Below, piece by piece: positions 1 through 9,622 of a DNA stretch of 64,000 nt. Below the pieces are notes generated by a model. That model made no database searches, was not told the origin of the DNA, and worked only from the letters and a program-made list of their open reading frames with translations. The translations under genes were made by a program, and so were the position numbers. Each line of letters starts with the position of its first letter. Position 1 is the first letter of the stretch. Location of the stretch: assembly GCA_965277285.1 (NCBI GenBank), contig OZ255721.1, positions 1,856,001-1,920,000 on the forward strand, given 5' to 3'. The DNA comes from Abditibacteriaceae bacterium. Lineage in GTDB: Bacteria > Armatimonadota > Abditibacteriia > Abditibacteriales > Abditibacteriaceae.

Positions 1-48
1 AACGGTGATGCTTTCGCTTTCTAATTCCTGCAAATGAGTCAATTTCAT
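1..48 (-). CDS. cysD: Sulfate adenylyltransferase subunit 2, N-terminal fragment running off the window edge
   Basis: The minus strand from ATG at 48 reads MKLTHLQELESESITV, matching the CysD N-terminal LTHLxxLExESI motif. Only 16 codons are visible. Confidence 0.65.
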   Translation of the reverse strand, partial: MKLTHLQELESESITV

Positions 49-266
49 GGGACGAAGAAGTGTTGAAGAAGTCATCGTGCGAGATAAACGCGCCAAAACA
101 AAACGGGAGCCATCTTTCTCGACCTGCGAGATAGAAAAACTTTTCGACAAGCCTTTTTTACAATAATCGGCGCCATGAGACAAGCGTTTGCGAAATACGT
201 TAGGCGTAAACGATCATTTATCGTCGGCGCACCAAACCTGTTTTCGGCAGGAAATCGGAGCAAACT

Positions 267-950
267 ATGAAAATCGCACCGTCGTTTCGTGTTTTTTGCG
301 TCGCGTCACTTTGTTTGGTGATGTTTATCAGCACGCCTTGTGGCCTGACGAACCGTGCTCGCGCTGTCACGGTAGGAAAAGGCAAATCGCAATTTTTGCG
401 CGGCACCAACAAGTCGTCGCGTCCGGTTTTAGAAGGTCGAGTACTCGAAGATCGCACACAAACCTTCGGTTTTTCGGATTCGATGGAATCGATGGTATTC
501 TGGACGCTGAGCGGAACGGTGGAAGAGCGAATCGTGCGTCGCAAAGGCAGCAAAACGCTCGATTTTTATTTTTGCATCAAAAACGATGCGTCTTCAACGC
601 TCGACATCGTTCTGGTGCAACGTTTTGGTTTCGACCGTTTTCCTGCTGTCGATGTGGACTATCGCAACGACAAAAGTGGAAAAGTTGGTGCCTCTTCGGT
701 GCGCTTTGTTCCCACACTTCCTCATGCCTGGAGTTTCTTCCCCGATTCCGACCAACAGCGCCACGTGCCCGTCACATTTGACTTTAGCCGCGCGCCCATC
801 AAGCCAGGACAGCAATCGCGTTTTCATTTCGTCGGGACGACCGCCACATCGTATGACGCCAAGGGTTTTATGGGATTTTCAGCGATAAAACCTCCTGAAT
901 CTACCAAAATCATTTTGTGCGGGCCGATTGTTGTCTTCGAGCCTCATTGA
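267..950 (+). CDS. Secreted hypothetical protein, paralog 1 of 3
   Basis: Signal-peptide-like N-terminus. Shares the blocks VLEDR, TLDFYF, VDYR and IKPGQQSRFHF with the next two ORFs. Confidence 0.8.
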   Translation: MKIAPSFRVFCVASLCLVMFISTPCGLTNRARAVTVGKGKSQFLRGTNKSSRPVLEGRVLEDRTQTFGFSDSMESMVFWTLSGTVEERIVRRKGSKTLDFYFCIKNDASSTLDIVLVQRFGFDRFPAVDVDYRNDKSGKVGASSVRFVPTLPHAWSFFPDSDQQRHVPVTFDFSRAPIKPGQQSRFHFVGTTATSYDAKGFMGFSAIKPPESTKIILCGPIVVFEPH

Positions 951-1049
951 AAACACGCCGGGCATTTCGTAAATAGCGCGCAAGAATTGTTGAAGATTAG
1001 GGTTCAGCATTCCGCGTTCAAAAATCTTCGTCGCTCAACGGGAAAAGCA

Positions 1050-1706
1050 ATGAAAATTCTTCTGACTCGCACTTTCTTTTTGACATTTGTCGTTCTCGTC
1101 GGCGCGTGTTTTGAATTGCAAGCGGCGGCAAACGCCGTTTCGCTGGTGCAGGAAAGCGCGCAATTTATCAAGGGAACAACGCTGGCGGCGCGTCCCGAAC
1201 TGAGCGGTCGAGTACTCGAAGATCGCGTGCGGCCTTTCAATTTCGATGAAACGTTGAGTCCGACAAGCGCGACAAAGTTGCGCGGCACTTTTGAAGACGA
1301 AATCGTGCAGCGCAAAGGCAGCAAAACGCTGGATTTTTACTTTCGCATCAAAAACGATAAATCCTCCACGCAAACTATCACGCGCGTAGATCGCCTGGGT
1401 TTCGGCAATTTTTCTTCGCTCGATGTCGATTATCTCAAAGACAAAACGCGAAAATTTTTTGCTCACGCAACGGTGGCGCGTTTCTTTGAAAATCATCCCA
1501 ACCGACATTATCGCACTCTGCGGCCCCTCAGCTTTGATTTCAGCCAGTTTCCGATCAAGCCGGGACAAGAATCCACCTGGCATTTCATTGGTGCGTCCGC
1601 CACTTCTTACAGGGAAACGTTACCCGGGAGAAAAGACGTTGCTGTTCTCTGGTGCGGATCAACGCCTGTGTACAGGCCGATTTTCGCCTTCGTGCCGTCT
1701 TACTGA
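1050..1706 (+). CDS. Secreted hypothetical protein, paralog 2 of 3
   Basis: ATG at 1050 (MKILLTRTFF) gives a signal peptide. Same conserved blocks as its neighbours. Confidence 0.8.
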   Translation: MKILLTRTFFLTFVVLVGACFELQAAANAVSLVQESAQFIKGTTLAARPELSGRVLEDRVRPFNFDETLSPTSATKLRGTFEDEIVQRKGSKTLDFYFRIKNDKSSTQTITRVDRLGFGNFSSLDVDYLKDKTRKFFAHATVARFFENHPNRHYRTLRPLSFDFSQFPIKPGQESTWHFIGASATSYRETLPGRKDVAVLWCGSTPVYRPIFAFVPSY

Positions 1707-1795
1707 AAACGGAAGACAAAGTGCGCCAAAATTATTGTATGTCATGGATTCAGCGTTCTTCAAACGAAAATCTTCGGCGCTGAATCGGAGGAAAT

Positions 1796-2449
1796 ATGAA
1801 AGCCTCATCGTTTCGTCGTTGGACTGTCGCATCGCTGGCGCCTGTGGTCATTGCCGGTGCGTGCTTGAATTGGCATCAGGCAGCGCGAGCAGTGCCGGTC
1901 GCGGCCAATACAACGCAGTTTTTGCATGGCACAACCGAAGCCGCGCGCCCTGAACTCGCCGGAACAGTACTCGAAGATCGCGTGCGGCCTTTCAACCTCA
2001 ATCAGTACCGAGGCCGAGCGCCCAAAAGCGGCTGGAAAGTGACCGGGACTTTTCAAGATCGCGTGGTGCGTCGCAACGATGGCCACACGCTCGATTTTTA
2101 TTTTCGCGTCACAAATGACGCATCTTCGACCGGCGACATCGTCGTTATTCGGCGCACCGGTTTCGGTCATTATCCGGTCGTGGACAGCGATTATCGCGTT
2201 GATGGATTAGGGCAAATCGGCGCGGCGTCCGTATCTTCCGATGACAGCTCCACGCGCATCAATTTCGACTTTACGGCAGTCCACATTCAGCCGGGACAGC
2301 AATCGCGCTTTCACTTCATCGGTGTGCGCGCCACATCTTATAACGAGCGCGGTGTCGCTTTTCTCGATGCCAACAACGGCGTCTTCACCACCTTTAATGT
2401 GTTTGAACCCAATGTGGGCGCGAGAAGACCGCCGCGTCCGCATCCGTAA
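1796..2449 (+). CDS. Secreted hypothetical protein, paralog 3 of 3
   Basis: GGAGG ribosome-binding site upstream, signal peptide, and blocks LAGTVLEDRVRPF, GTFQDRVVRR, TLDFYFRVTND. Confidence 0.85.
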   Translation: MKASSFRRWTVASLAPVVIAGACLNWHQAARAVPVAANTTQFLHGTTEAARPELAGTVLEDRVRPFNLNQYRGRAPKSGWKVTGTFQDRVVRRNDGHTLDFYFRVTNDASSTGDIVVIRRTGFGHYPVVDSDYRVDGLGQIGAASVSSDDSSTRINFDFTAVHIQPGQQSRFHFIGVRATSYNERGVAFLDANNGVFTTFNVFEPNVGARRPPRPHP

Positions 2450-2475
2450 AACTACGCTTTTCGCTTACATATATG

Positions 2476-2511
2476 ACAACGAGTACTCGAAACGTTTCGA
2501 GTACTCGTTGT
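2476..2511. terminator. 36-bp perfect palindrome built from two motif copies; possible bidirectional terminator
   Basis: ACAACGAGTACTCGAAAC-GTTTCGAGTACTCGTTGT lies between convergent genes. Confidence 0.55.
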
Positions 2512-2528
2512 GTTTGCTGCACTTTCCT

Positions 2529-3053
2529 TCAGTTGGCGTGGTTGTTTGATGAATCGTCGCTTTCATCCGCCGGATGCTTCGCGTCGTCGAGGACTTTGTT
2601 CCAGGTGTCTTTGGCGGTGTCCTGCACTTCGCTTTTCACTTCGTGCGCCGCATCTTTGGCGCTGTCGAGGGTTTCGTCCAGGGCGTCTTTGGCATCATCG
2701 TTTTTGTCGCCGTCCTTTTGGGTGACGCTTTGCACTTTTTCGGCGACTTGATCGCGCACATCGGCGATTTTGGCTTTGGCGGCATCGGCAACGCTCGAGG
2801 CTTTTTCGCCCAGCGCACTGGCTTTTTCACCCAAAACGCTGGTGGTGCCGCTCAATTTTTCGCTCACGGTTTGCGTAACGTGACCGCTGGCGTCGGCGGC
2901 TTTTTCCTTGACGTGCGTTGCGCCTTCGGCAATGTCTTCGCGCATTTCCCCGCCACGCTTGGGCGCCAAAAGCAGCGCGACGCCCGCGCCGACCATCAGT
3001 CCCGTAACCAGGCCGCGCCAGTAACCTGTTTCGCTTTCGTCTTTTTCAAACAT
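2529..3053 (-). CDS. YtxH-domain (general stress) protein
   Basis: GLMVGAGVALLLAPKRGGEMREDI is the YtxH signature, followed by a K/D/A-rich helical tail. Confidence 0.85.
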   Translation of the reverse strand: MFEKDESETGYWRGLVTGLMVGAGVALLLAPKRGGEMREDIAEGATHVKEKAADASGHVTQTVSEKLSGTTSVLGEKASALGEKASSVADAAKAKIADVRDQVAEKVQSVTQKDGDKNDDAKDALDETLDSAKDAAHEVKSEVQDTAKDTWNKVLDDAKHPADESDDSSNNHAN

Positions 3054-3139
3054 GAGATCGCCTCCGTTGCGTTTTCTGCTTTAAGAGTACTCGAAAGCGC
3101 CTAAAGTTGTCATAATTAGGAAACGGATTTTTCACCATT

Positions 3140-4258
3140 ATGAACACTTCTCTTCCTCAAAGCACCGCCGCGCGTTTGCAAAACGACGAACTTTCGCTGG
3201 GCGAAACGCCCGCCCTGATCGGTTTCGACGGTTTTATCGACTCGATTTATCATGTCGTCGATCAGCGACAAAGCGCCAATGAATATACGCGCTTGGGCAC
3301 TTTGCTGGAATATGGGACGCGCATCGCCAACGCAGCCGGCAAAAGCACCAACGTCGAACTGGTTTTGCAAGCGATTAAGTTGGGCGGCAATGGCCCGATT
3401 ATGGCGAATGCGATGTGCGCTCTGGGCACGCCTGTCACTTATTGCGGCATGGTCGGTTTTCCTTATGTGCATCCGGTTTTCAGCGAATTGGAAGAGCGCG
3501 CGCGCGTCCTCTCGTTTTCCGAAGCGGCCTTTACCGACGCCATCGAATTTGACGACGGCAAGTTGATTGTCGGCAAGCACGCGAATGTCAGCGAAGCCAA
3601 TTACGACACGATCACTGACCGCATCGGCGAAGTGATATGGCGCACGGCGTGGCAAAGCGCGCGCTTCGTGGCGATGGTGAACTGGACGATGCTGCCTTAT
3701 ATGACGGCGTTGTGGAAGCGCATTTTAGAGCAACCCGATTATTACGCGGGCGCGCGCAAAACCGTGTTCTTCGACCTGGCCGATCCAGAAAAACGCACCA
3801 ACTCCGACATCAAGGAAGCGCTCGAAACGATTTCCCAATTCGCCGATCATCACGACGTCATTTTGGGTTTGAACGAAAAAGAAGGTGAACACGTCGCGCG
3901 CGTGCTTGATGTTTTTGTGCCCTCAGAAAGCAAATCGCACGAGCAACATATGATGGACACAGCGAGCGCCATTCGCCAGAAATTGAACGTTCAAATTTGC
4001 GTGGTGCATCCAACGCAATTCGCCGCCGCCGCCGATGAGAATGGAACTGCTGTCGCGTCCGGCCCTTATACCGCCAAGCCGAAGATTTCGACGGGCGCGG
4101 GCGATCATTTCAATTCCGGCTTTTGCTTTGGTCGCCTGCTCGGCCTCGACATCGCGCAATCGTTGCAATGCGGCGTCGGCGTCAGCGGCTTTTACGTTCG
4201 CCAGGCGCACAGTCCAAGCCGCGCCGAATTGATCGATTTTCTGTCCTCGCTCGATTAA
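3140..4258 (+). CDS. PfkB/ribokinase-family carbohydrate kinase
   Basis: GGNG near the N-terminus, LNEKE, and the C-terminal STGAGDHFNSGF PfkB signature. Confidence 0.85.
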   Translation: MNTSLPQSTAARLQNDELSLGETPALIGFDGFIDSIYHVVDQRQSANEYTRLGTLLEYGTRIANAAGKSTNVELVLQAIKLGGNGPIMANAMCALGTPVTYCGMVGFPYVHPVFSELEERARVLSFSEAAFTDAIEFDDGKLIVGKHANVSEANYDTITDRIGEVIWRTAWQSARFVAMVNWTMLPYMTALWKRILEQPDYYAGARKTVFFDLADPEKRTNSDIKEALETISQFADHHDVILGLNEKEGEHVARVLDVFVPSESKSHEQHMMDTASAIRQKLNVQICVVHPTQFAAAADENGTAVASGPYTAKPKISTGAGDHFNSGFCFGRLLGLDIAQSLQCGVGVSGFYVRQAHSPSRAELIDFLSSLD

Positions 4259-4271
4259 CCAAACGCACATC

Positions 4272-4730
4272 TTGGCGGGCAATCGAGTACTCGATAAAGG
4301 TGATTCAAGGACGATTTTGCGCAACGTGGTCGCGTTTCAGTCGGAGTTTTATTTAACGCTCGACCAGAGCGCGAATGAAATGGCGCAGGCTTTGGGACGA
4401 ACTCTGGCGCGTCATCTGGCCAACGAGTTAGAGCGCAAAAACTTTGCGCCACAAGCGCCACAAACTGATGGTTACAATTGGCATTTTCTCTGTGCCAGCG
4501 AAGGCCAAAAGTTGCGCATTCAGATCAGCGAAAAAGGCAATAGCGAAATTGTTCAATGGCTCATCATCGTTAGCCCACAAACGAATTTTCTGACGCGTTG
4601 GTGGCAACTCAAACGGAGCCAAAATTTGAGAAAACTCTGCGCAGAACTTGACCAAATTCTGTGCGGCGATTCTTATATCAACAACGTGCAATGGTTCAGC
4701 GAAGTGGAATGGAAGCGCGCGTGCAAATAA
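4272..4730 (+). CDS. Hypothetical protein (start uncertain)
   Basis: A 152-aa ORF filling the gap after the kinase. No family recognised. Confidence 0.55.
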   Translation: MAGNRVLDKGDSRTILRNVVAFQSEFYLTLDQSANEMAQALGRTLARHLANELERKNFAPQAPQTDGYNWHFLCASEGQKLRIQISEKGNSEIVQWLIIVSPQTNFLTRWWQLKRSQNLRKLCAELDQILCGDSYINNVQWFSEVEWKRACK

Positions 4731-4771
4731 AGCGATGCTGCTCGAAGCAATGTTACGATAAATGCAAACCA

Positions 4772-4917
4772 TGCCCTGCGAGTGAACTCGCGGCTTAACC
4801 ACCTGCGGCGGCAGCGGCGGCCTGCGCCGACGCAACATTGAGAGGACTCTATCTCTGGCGTCGGCGCAGGCCGCCGCTCCGGCGGGAGCCGCCCAGCCGC
4901 GAGTTCACTCGCAGGCA
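4772..4917. repeat. Nested REP-like double hairpin
   Basis: Outer arms CCTGCGAGTGAACTCGCGGCT / AGCCGCGAGTTCACTCGCAGG. Inner arms AGCGGCGGCCTGCGCCGACGC / GCGTCGGCGCAGGCCGCCGCT. Confidence 0.8.
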
Positions 4918-5108
4918 CTGATTAGGTGGCAACTTGGGTTATTTATCGAAGCATCGGGCACCTGAACTTTGCCAAAGCCGAATTTAGCGAAAGCAATTTT
5001 CCAAGCGCGCAGATGCAGAACGTCGCGTGATTTTCTGCTTTGGTGCACCGCTGTCTTGCGCTAAACCGTCGCGCGACCACAGATTCCCCATTTTACTTTC
5101 GGCTTCTT

Positions 5109-5843
5109 ATGCTTTCTCGATACAACGTTGAAAATCCTGAACCCGACGCCTTGCGCCGCAAAACTCTGGAGGTTTATCAGGGTTTGCTCGAAATGCACGG
5201 CGAACCAGATTTCACGCCGCGCCGCGAACCTTTGCACGAACTGATTTCAACGATGTTGTCGCACCGCACGACCGAAGCCAACGAAGCCAAAGCGTTTTCG
5301 CAAATGTGGACGCGATTCGGCAGTTGGGAAGCGATCCGCGATGCGCCCTTGCCAGAACTCATTGAAACCATTGCGCCGTCCAATTTCGCGGGCGCCAAAG
5401 CACCCAACATCCAGAAAACCCTGCGCAAAATCATCGAAGAACGCGGCACGGCGAATATTGATTTTCTGCGCGATTTGTCCTCTGACGATGCGCTGCAATG
5501 GCTGACAAGTCTGCCCGGCGTCGGCGTAAAAACCGCGACACTCGTGCTGTTGTTTTGTTTTCACAAACCCGTCTTGCCAGTTGACACGCATTTGCATCGC
5601 GTCAGCATCCGACTGGGATTGATCGGCGAAAAGACCAGCGCCGAAGCCGCGCACGACATTTTGCTGTCGTTGCTGCCGCACGACGCGCGCATTTTGTTCA
5701 ACTTCCACATCACGATGCTGCGACACGGCCAGAAGATTTGCGTCTGGAAAAATCCGCGCTGCGAGCAATGTTCTTTGCGTCCCATTTGCGATTGGTATCA
5801 AGCACATCGAGTACTCGAAAGCGAGAACCATGACTCCTCGTGA
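5109..5843 (+). CDS. nth: Endonuclease III-like HhH-GPD DNA glycosylase
   Basis: LPGVGVKTA HhH motif, PVDTH, and a C-terminal 4Fe-4S motif CVWKNPRCEQCSLRPIC. Confidence 0.88.
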   Translation: MLSRYNVENPEPDALRRKTLEVYQGLLEMHGEPDFTPRREPLHELISTMLSHRTTEANEAKAFSQMWTRFGSWEAIRDAPLPELIETIAPSNFAGAKAPNIQKTLRKIIEERGTANIDFLRDLSSDDALQWLTSLPGVGVKTATLVLLFCFHKPVLPVDTHLHRVSIRLGLIGEKTSAEAAHDILLSLLPHDARILFNFHITMLRHGQKICVWKNPRCEQCSLRPICDWYQAHRVLESENHDSS

Positions 5844-6882
5844 ATCGGTTTTCGCCGGTTGCATTTTGGGAACAGCGTTGGGCGATGCCGTCGGTTTGCC
5901 TTGCGAAGGTTTGAGCCGCGCGCGTCAACGAAAACTATTTCGCGGCGGGCTTCCCACACTATTTTTCGGTCGTCGTATGATTTCCGACGACACCGAACAC
6001 ACGATTTTAGTCGCCCAAGCTTTGATCGAAAGTCACGGCGATGTCAAAAAGTTTGAACGCGCTTTCGCCAAAGGTTTGCGGCGCTGGTTTTTGCTGTTGC
6101 CTCCGGGCGTTGGATTGGCAACCGTCAAAGCGTGTTTGAAGTTGTGCGTCGGCATTTCTCCCGCGAAAAGTGGCGTCGCTTCGGCGGGAAATGGAGCCGC
6201 CATGCGCGCCGCAATTTTGGGCGTCTGGTGCGAAGACATCGGACAATTGCGCGAGTTTGTTCAAATTTCCAGTCGCATTACGCACACCGATTCGCGCGCG
6301 ATTGATGGCGCTTTCGCCGTTGCTCTGGCGGCATTTCTGGCGAAATCTCAGACGCGGATTGACGCTTTCGAGTACTCGAAACACTTGTCGAGACACATAG
6401 AACCACGAAACGAAATGATTGATTTGGTTGATCGTGTCGCGCAAAGCGTGAACGATGGCGAAACGACGCTTGACTTTGCCACCAAATTGTGCGGCGAACG
6501 CGGCGTTTCCGGCTATGTTTTGCAAACGGTTCCGGTCGCGCTTCACGCGTGGCTATCGCATCAGAACGATTTTCGCGGTGCTGTCACTTCGGCTGTCGCG
6601 TGCGGCGGCGATACGGATTCGGTTGCGGCAATTGTCGGCGGAATTTTGGGCGCGCAAAACGGGCGCGAAGCGTTGCCACAAGATTGGCTCGATTCTCTGT
6701 CGGAATGGCCGCGCGATGTGCGTTGGATGGAGAATCTGGCGCAGGTTTTGGCGCGCAACGACGTTCCGACCAAAGACGTTCGAGCGCCACGTGATTTCGC
6801 GTTGTGGTTGTGGTTGCGCAATCTGTTTTTGCTGATAGTTGTTCTGCTGCACGGCTTTCGTCGCCTTTTTCCGCCATACTGA
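5830..6882 (+). CDS. ADP-ribosylglycohydrolase family protein
   Basis: Motifs GDAVG, SDDTE, GNGAAMR and GGDTDS. Overlaps the end of nth. Confidence 0.92.
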   Translation: MTPRESVFAGCILGTALGDAVGLPCEGLSRARQRKLFRGGLPTLFFGRRMISDDTEHTILVAQALIESHGDVKKFERAFAKGLRRWFLLLPPGVGLATVKACLKLCVGISPAKSGVASAGNGAAMRAAILGVWCEDIGQLREFVQISSRITHTDSRAIDGAFAVALAAFLAKSQTRIDAFEYSKHLSRHIEPRNEMIDLVDRVAQSVNDGETTLDFATKLCGERGVSGYVLQTVPVALHAWLSHQNDFRGAVTSAVACGGDTDSVAAIVGGILGAQNGREALPQDWLDSLSEWPRDVRWMENLAQVLARNDVPTKDVRAPRDFALWLWLRNLFLLIVVLLHGFRRLFPPY

Positions 6883-6912
6883 ACGCATCTTTCCTCTAAT
6901 TCGAGTACTCGA

Positions 6913-7875
6913 TTGATTCCTGAAATCAAGCTGCCACACAAAGCAAAAACGTCGTGGTTGTGGTTGGAAATTGCGGTTGCCTTGATCTTATGGGCGTCCG
7001 CTTTTCCGGCGATTCGCGTCGCTTTGCGCGAATATTCGCCGACGCATCTGGCTCTTGGTCGCTATCTTGTGGCGTCCGCGACGTTGCTGGTTCTGGCGCT
7101 TTTTCAACGCGCTTCCCTGCCCGCGCGCCGCGATTGGATGCGCATTGGCGCGGCGGGGTTTTTCGGTTTCACGTTGTATAACATCGCGCTCAATACGGGC
7201 GAAGTTCATGTTCCGGCCGGAACCGCGAGTTTTTTGGTCAACACGGCGCCGGTCTGGGCGTTGCTCATTCTGACTATTGGCGGGCACGAGCGCGTTTCCA
7301 GTCGCGGATGGTTCGGCGTTGGCGTCAGTTTGTTGGGCGTCGGCATCATCGCGTTGTCGCATGGCAACGAGTGGAGCCGTGCCGCGTTGCGCGCCGATCC
7401 GCAGTTTCTGCGTGGCGCACTTTGCATTTTACTGGCGGCGTTCGGCACGGGGTTTTATGTTTTGTTGCAGAAAAATCTGCTGTCGCGCTACGCGGCTTTG
7501 CCGCTCACGACATGGATGATCTGGGCCGGAACGTTGTGGATGCTGCCGTTTTCCGGTGGCCTGGTCGCGCAAGTGCGTCACGCCTCATTTGCGGCGACTT
7601 TCGCCATGATTTACATGGGCGTTTTCCCGGGCGCGATGGCGTATGCGTTGTGGGCGCGCGTGCTGACGCAAATGCCGGTTTCGCGCGCCGTCAGCTTCAT
7701 CTATCTGGTTCCCATCGGCGCGACCGCCATTGCGTGGCTGTGGCTGGGCGAACGACTTTCTCTATTGGCATTTCTCGGCGGCTTGCTCGCTTTGAGCGGC
7801 GTGATTTTAGTCAATACGGCGCGCAAGGCAAAGTTGTCAAACGGCAATCGAGTACTCGAAAAGCGCGAGAACTGA
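6913..7875 (+). CDS. EamA/DMT family transporter
   Basis: About 10 transmembrane segments, LWASAF and LGERLS motifs. TTG start is uncertain. Confidence 0.88.
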   Translation: MIPEIKLPHKAKTSWLWLEIAVALILWASAFPAIRVALREYSPTHLALGRYLVASATLLVLALFQRASLPARRDWMRIGAAGFFGFTLYNIALNTGEVHVPAGTASFLVNTAPVWALLILTIGGHERVSSRGWFGVGVSLLGVGIIALSHGNEWSRAALRADPQFLRGALCILLAAFGTGFYVLLQKNLLSRYAALPLTTWMIWAGTLWMLPFSGGLVAQVRHASFAATFAMIYMGVFPGAMAYALWARVLTQMPVSRAVSFIYLVPIGATAIAWLWLGERLSLLAFLGGLLALSGVILVNTARKAKLSNGNRVLEKREN

Positions 7876-7896
7876 ATCTTAGTTCGCGCGCTTTTC
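7859..7896. terminator. Probable bidirectional intrinsic terminator
   Basis: AAAAGCGCGAGAACT...AGTTCGCGCGCTTTT between convergent genes. Confidence 0.55.
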
Positions 7897-7908
7897 TGTT
7901 CTTGAAAC

Positions 7909-9465
7909 TTAATTTACAAACGAACTGCCGCCGAGAGCGCCTTGTCCGGTGGCCGCGATGACCGGGCCGGAAATTGGGGCATTGCCGTTGTCGGTGTAAT
8001 ACGGCGTTTCAATCGAATTGAGTGTTTTCTTGTCGCGGTAGCGCGCGAATTTATACGCTTCGAGCAGCGAAACCTGACCATCACCGTTTAAGTCAGCGTG
8101 GAGCGTGGCCGCTTGCGATTCTCCTATGACATCAGGATCTACAGCCGCGCCGTCGGGCGTTTGGCCAGTCAGCGCCGAAAAATACCAGTAGGTGAACTCG
8201 CCGTATTGACCGTTGCCGTACGCCCACGAAACTTCGTTTGGCCCAGCCGACGCCATCACGACGCGCTTGGGCGCCGCCAGAGCATACGCGAAACCGCCGC
8301 AAAAGCATTGCTTCATTTGAATCTTCATTTCGTGATACCGCGAAATCGCGCTCAAAGCATTGGAAAAATCGACATCTGTCATCGAATCGCCCCACAGCAA
8401 AACCGTGTTGTGAAAATGCACGACATCGTTTGTGGTGCCGTTGCCGTTGAGGTCGAGGCCGTAGTCCGCTTCGGAAATCGCTTTGCCATCGCTGTTGCTT
8501 GGATCGAGTACTCCACCGTAATTTCCGGGCGGGTCGCCGCCATCTTCGTGATCGAGAAAACCACCGCCGTGATCGTTCAACATCAGATACAGGTCGTCCA
8601 AGTTGTTCATCTTGGCGCCCAGATTATTAAAAACCGTGCGCACGTTGTCCGCTGTCGCTGAATAATCGACTGGCATCGAATTGTCTTTGGCGTTGCCGTC
8701 GGCGTATAGCACGGTGATATGCGATGCTGCGTAGCCGCGAGCGCGCAAAATCTGATACATCGTCGAGAGGTCGTTCCAATAGCGAATGTGATTATTCGCT
8801 TCATCATAACCGCCTGCCATCAAAACCGCGTATTTGCGCGGCAGCAACTTGAAGTTGCTGGGAATGCGAAACCGCGACGGCATCAAGCTCATGATTTTCA
8901 GCGCCGGTTTGATGACTCGAACGCTGGCTGACGGCGCACCTTCGATGCGCAAAACCGACGGTTCGTTGCGCAAATTGAGACCGGCAGCCGCTGGAGTTAC
9001 CAGGCGACCAATAATCGAAACGTGGTCGCCACTTCGCAGCATCGGAACGCGACGCGCCAGCGGAATGTAGCTCTCGACTGGCATAATCATGTCCATTTGC
9101 GTGCGCCGAATGTTGTCCACAATCATCGGAATCGAGCCATCGTAATAATAGCCGCGTACCGTCACGATTTTTGAAAGCTGCGTTACGCCCTGCAAACCAC
9201 GCAAGCGCAAAATGCTGCTCGAAGACACACGTAGCGGCGCATTGATGACGTAATTCGGGCGTGAGGCTGCCATTGTCACCGTTGTAGTTGCGGTTGTCGC
9301 CGGATTGACGACCAGCGGTCTTCTGCGAATCGGCGCGGCCTGCGCGTTTTGTAGCGCAGTCAACGCAAAAAAACCGCAACTGGCAAAAGCCAGCGCGGCG
9401 ATCTTCAACGACCTTTTTTTCGACGCTCGAACGACCTTCGGGCAAACTCCTAATCGATGTTCCAT
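7909..9465 (-). CDS. Secreted C13 (legumain-like, clan CD) peptidase
   Basis: Signal peptide, HIRYWND, catalytic DHGG and QCFCGGF, plus DLNGxG calcium-loop-like motifs. Confidence 0.78.
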   Translation of the reverse strand: MEHRLGVCPKVVRASKKRSLKIAALAFASCGFFALTALQNAQAAPIRRRPLVVNPATTATTTVTMAASRPNYVINAPLRVSSSSILRLRGLQGVTQLSKIVTVRGYYYDGSIPMIVDNIRRTQMDMIMPVESYIPLARRVPMLRSGDHVSIIGRLVTPAAAGLNLRNEPSVLRIEGAPSASVRVIKPALKIMSLMPSRFRIPSNFKLLPRKYAVLMAGGYDEANNHIRYWNDLSTMYQILRARGYAASHITVLYADGNAKDNSMPVDYSATADNVRTVFNNLGAKMNNLDDLYLMLNDHGGGFLDHEDGGDPPGNYGGVLDPSNSDGKAISEADYGLDLNGNGTTNDVVHFHNTVLLWGDSMTDVDFSNALSAISRYHEMKIQMKQCFCGGFAYALAAPKRVVMASAGPNEVSWAYGNGQYGEFTYWYFSALTGQTPDGAAVDPDVIGESQAATLHADLNGDGQVSLLEAYKFARYRDKKTLNSIETPYYTDNGNAPISGPVIAATGQGALGGSSFVN

Positions 9466-9622
9466 AACGTCCTCCGTGCGGCAATTTTCACGGCTCGACA
9501 CCTAATTAACGACCAAAAGGGGAAATGTCACGCAAAACTTCCATACAAATAATACATTTATACTCCCATTAAATTGAATCGCACAAGACATGATGGAATA
9601 CAGACGCCCGCAACACAAGATC

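Noticed and set aside
4772..4917. Calling this hairpin 6S RNA or SRP RNA
   Set aside because: No conserved 6S or SRP motifs recognised, and near-perfect stems fit REP-like DNA better.
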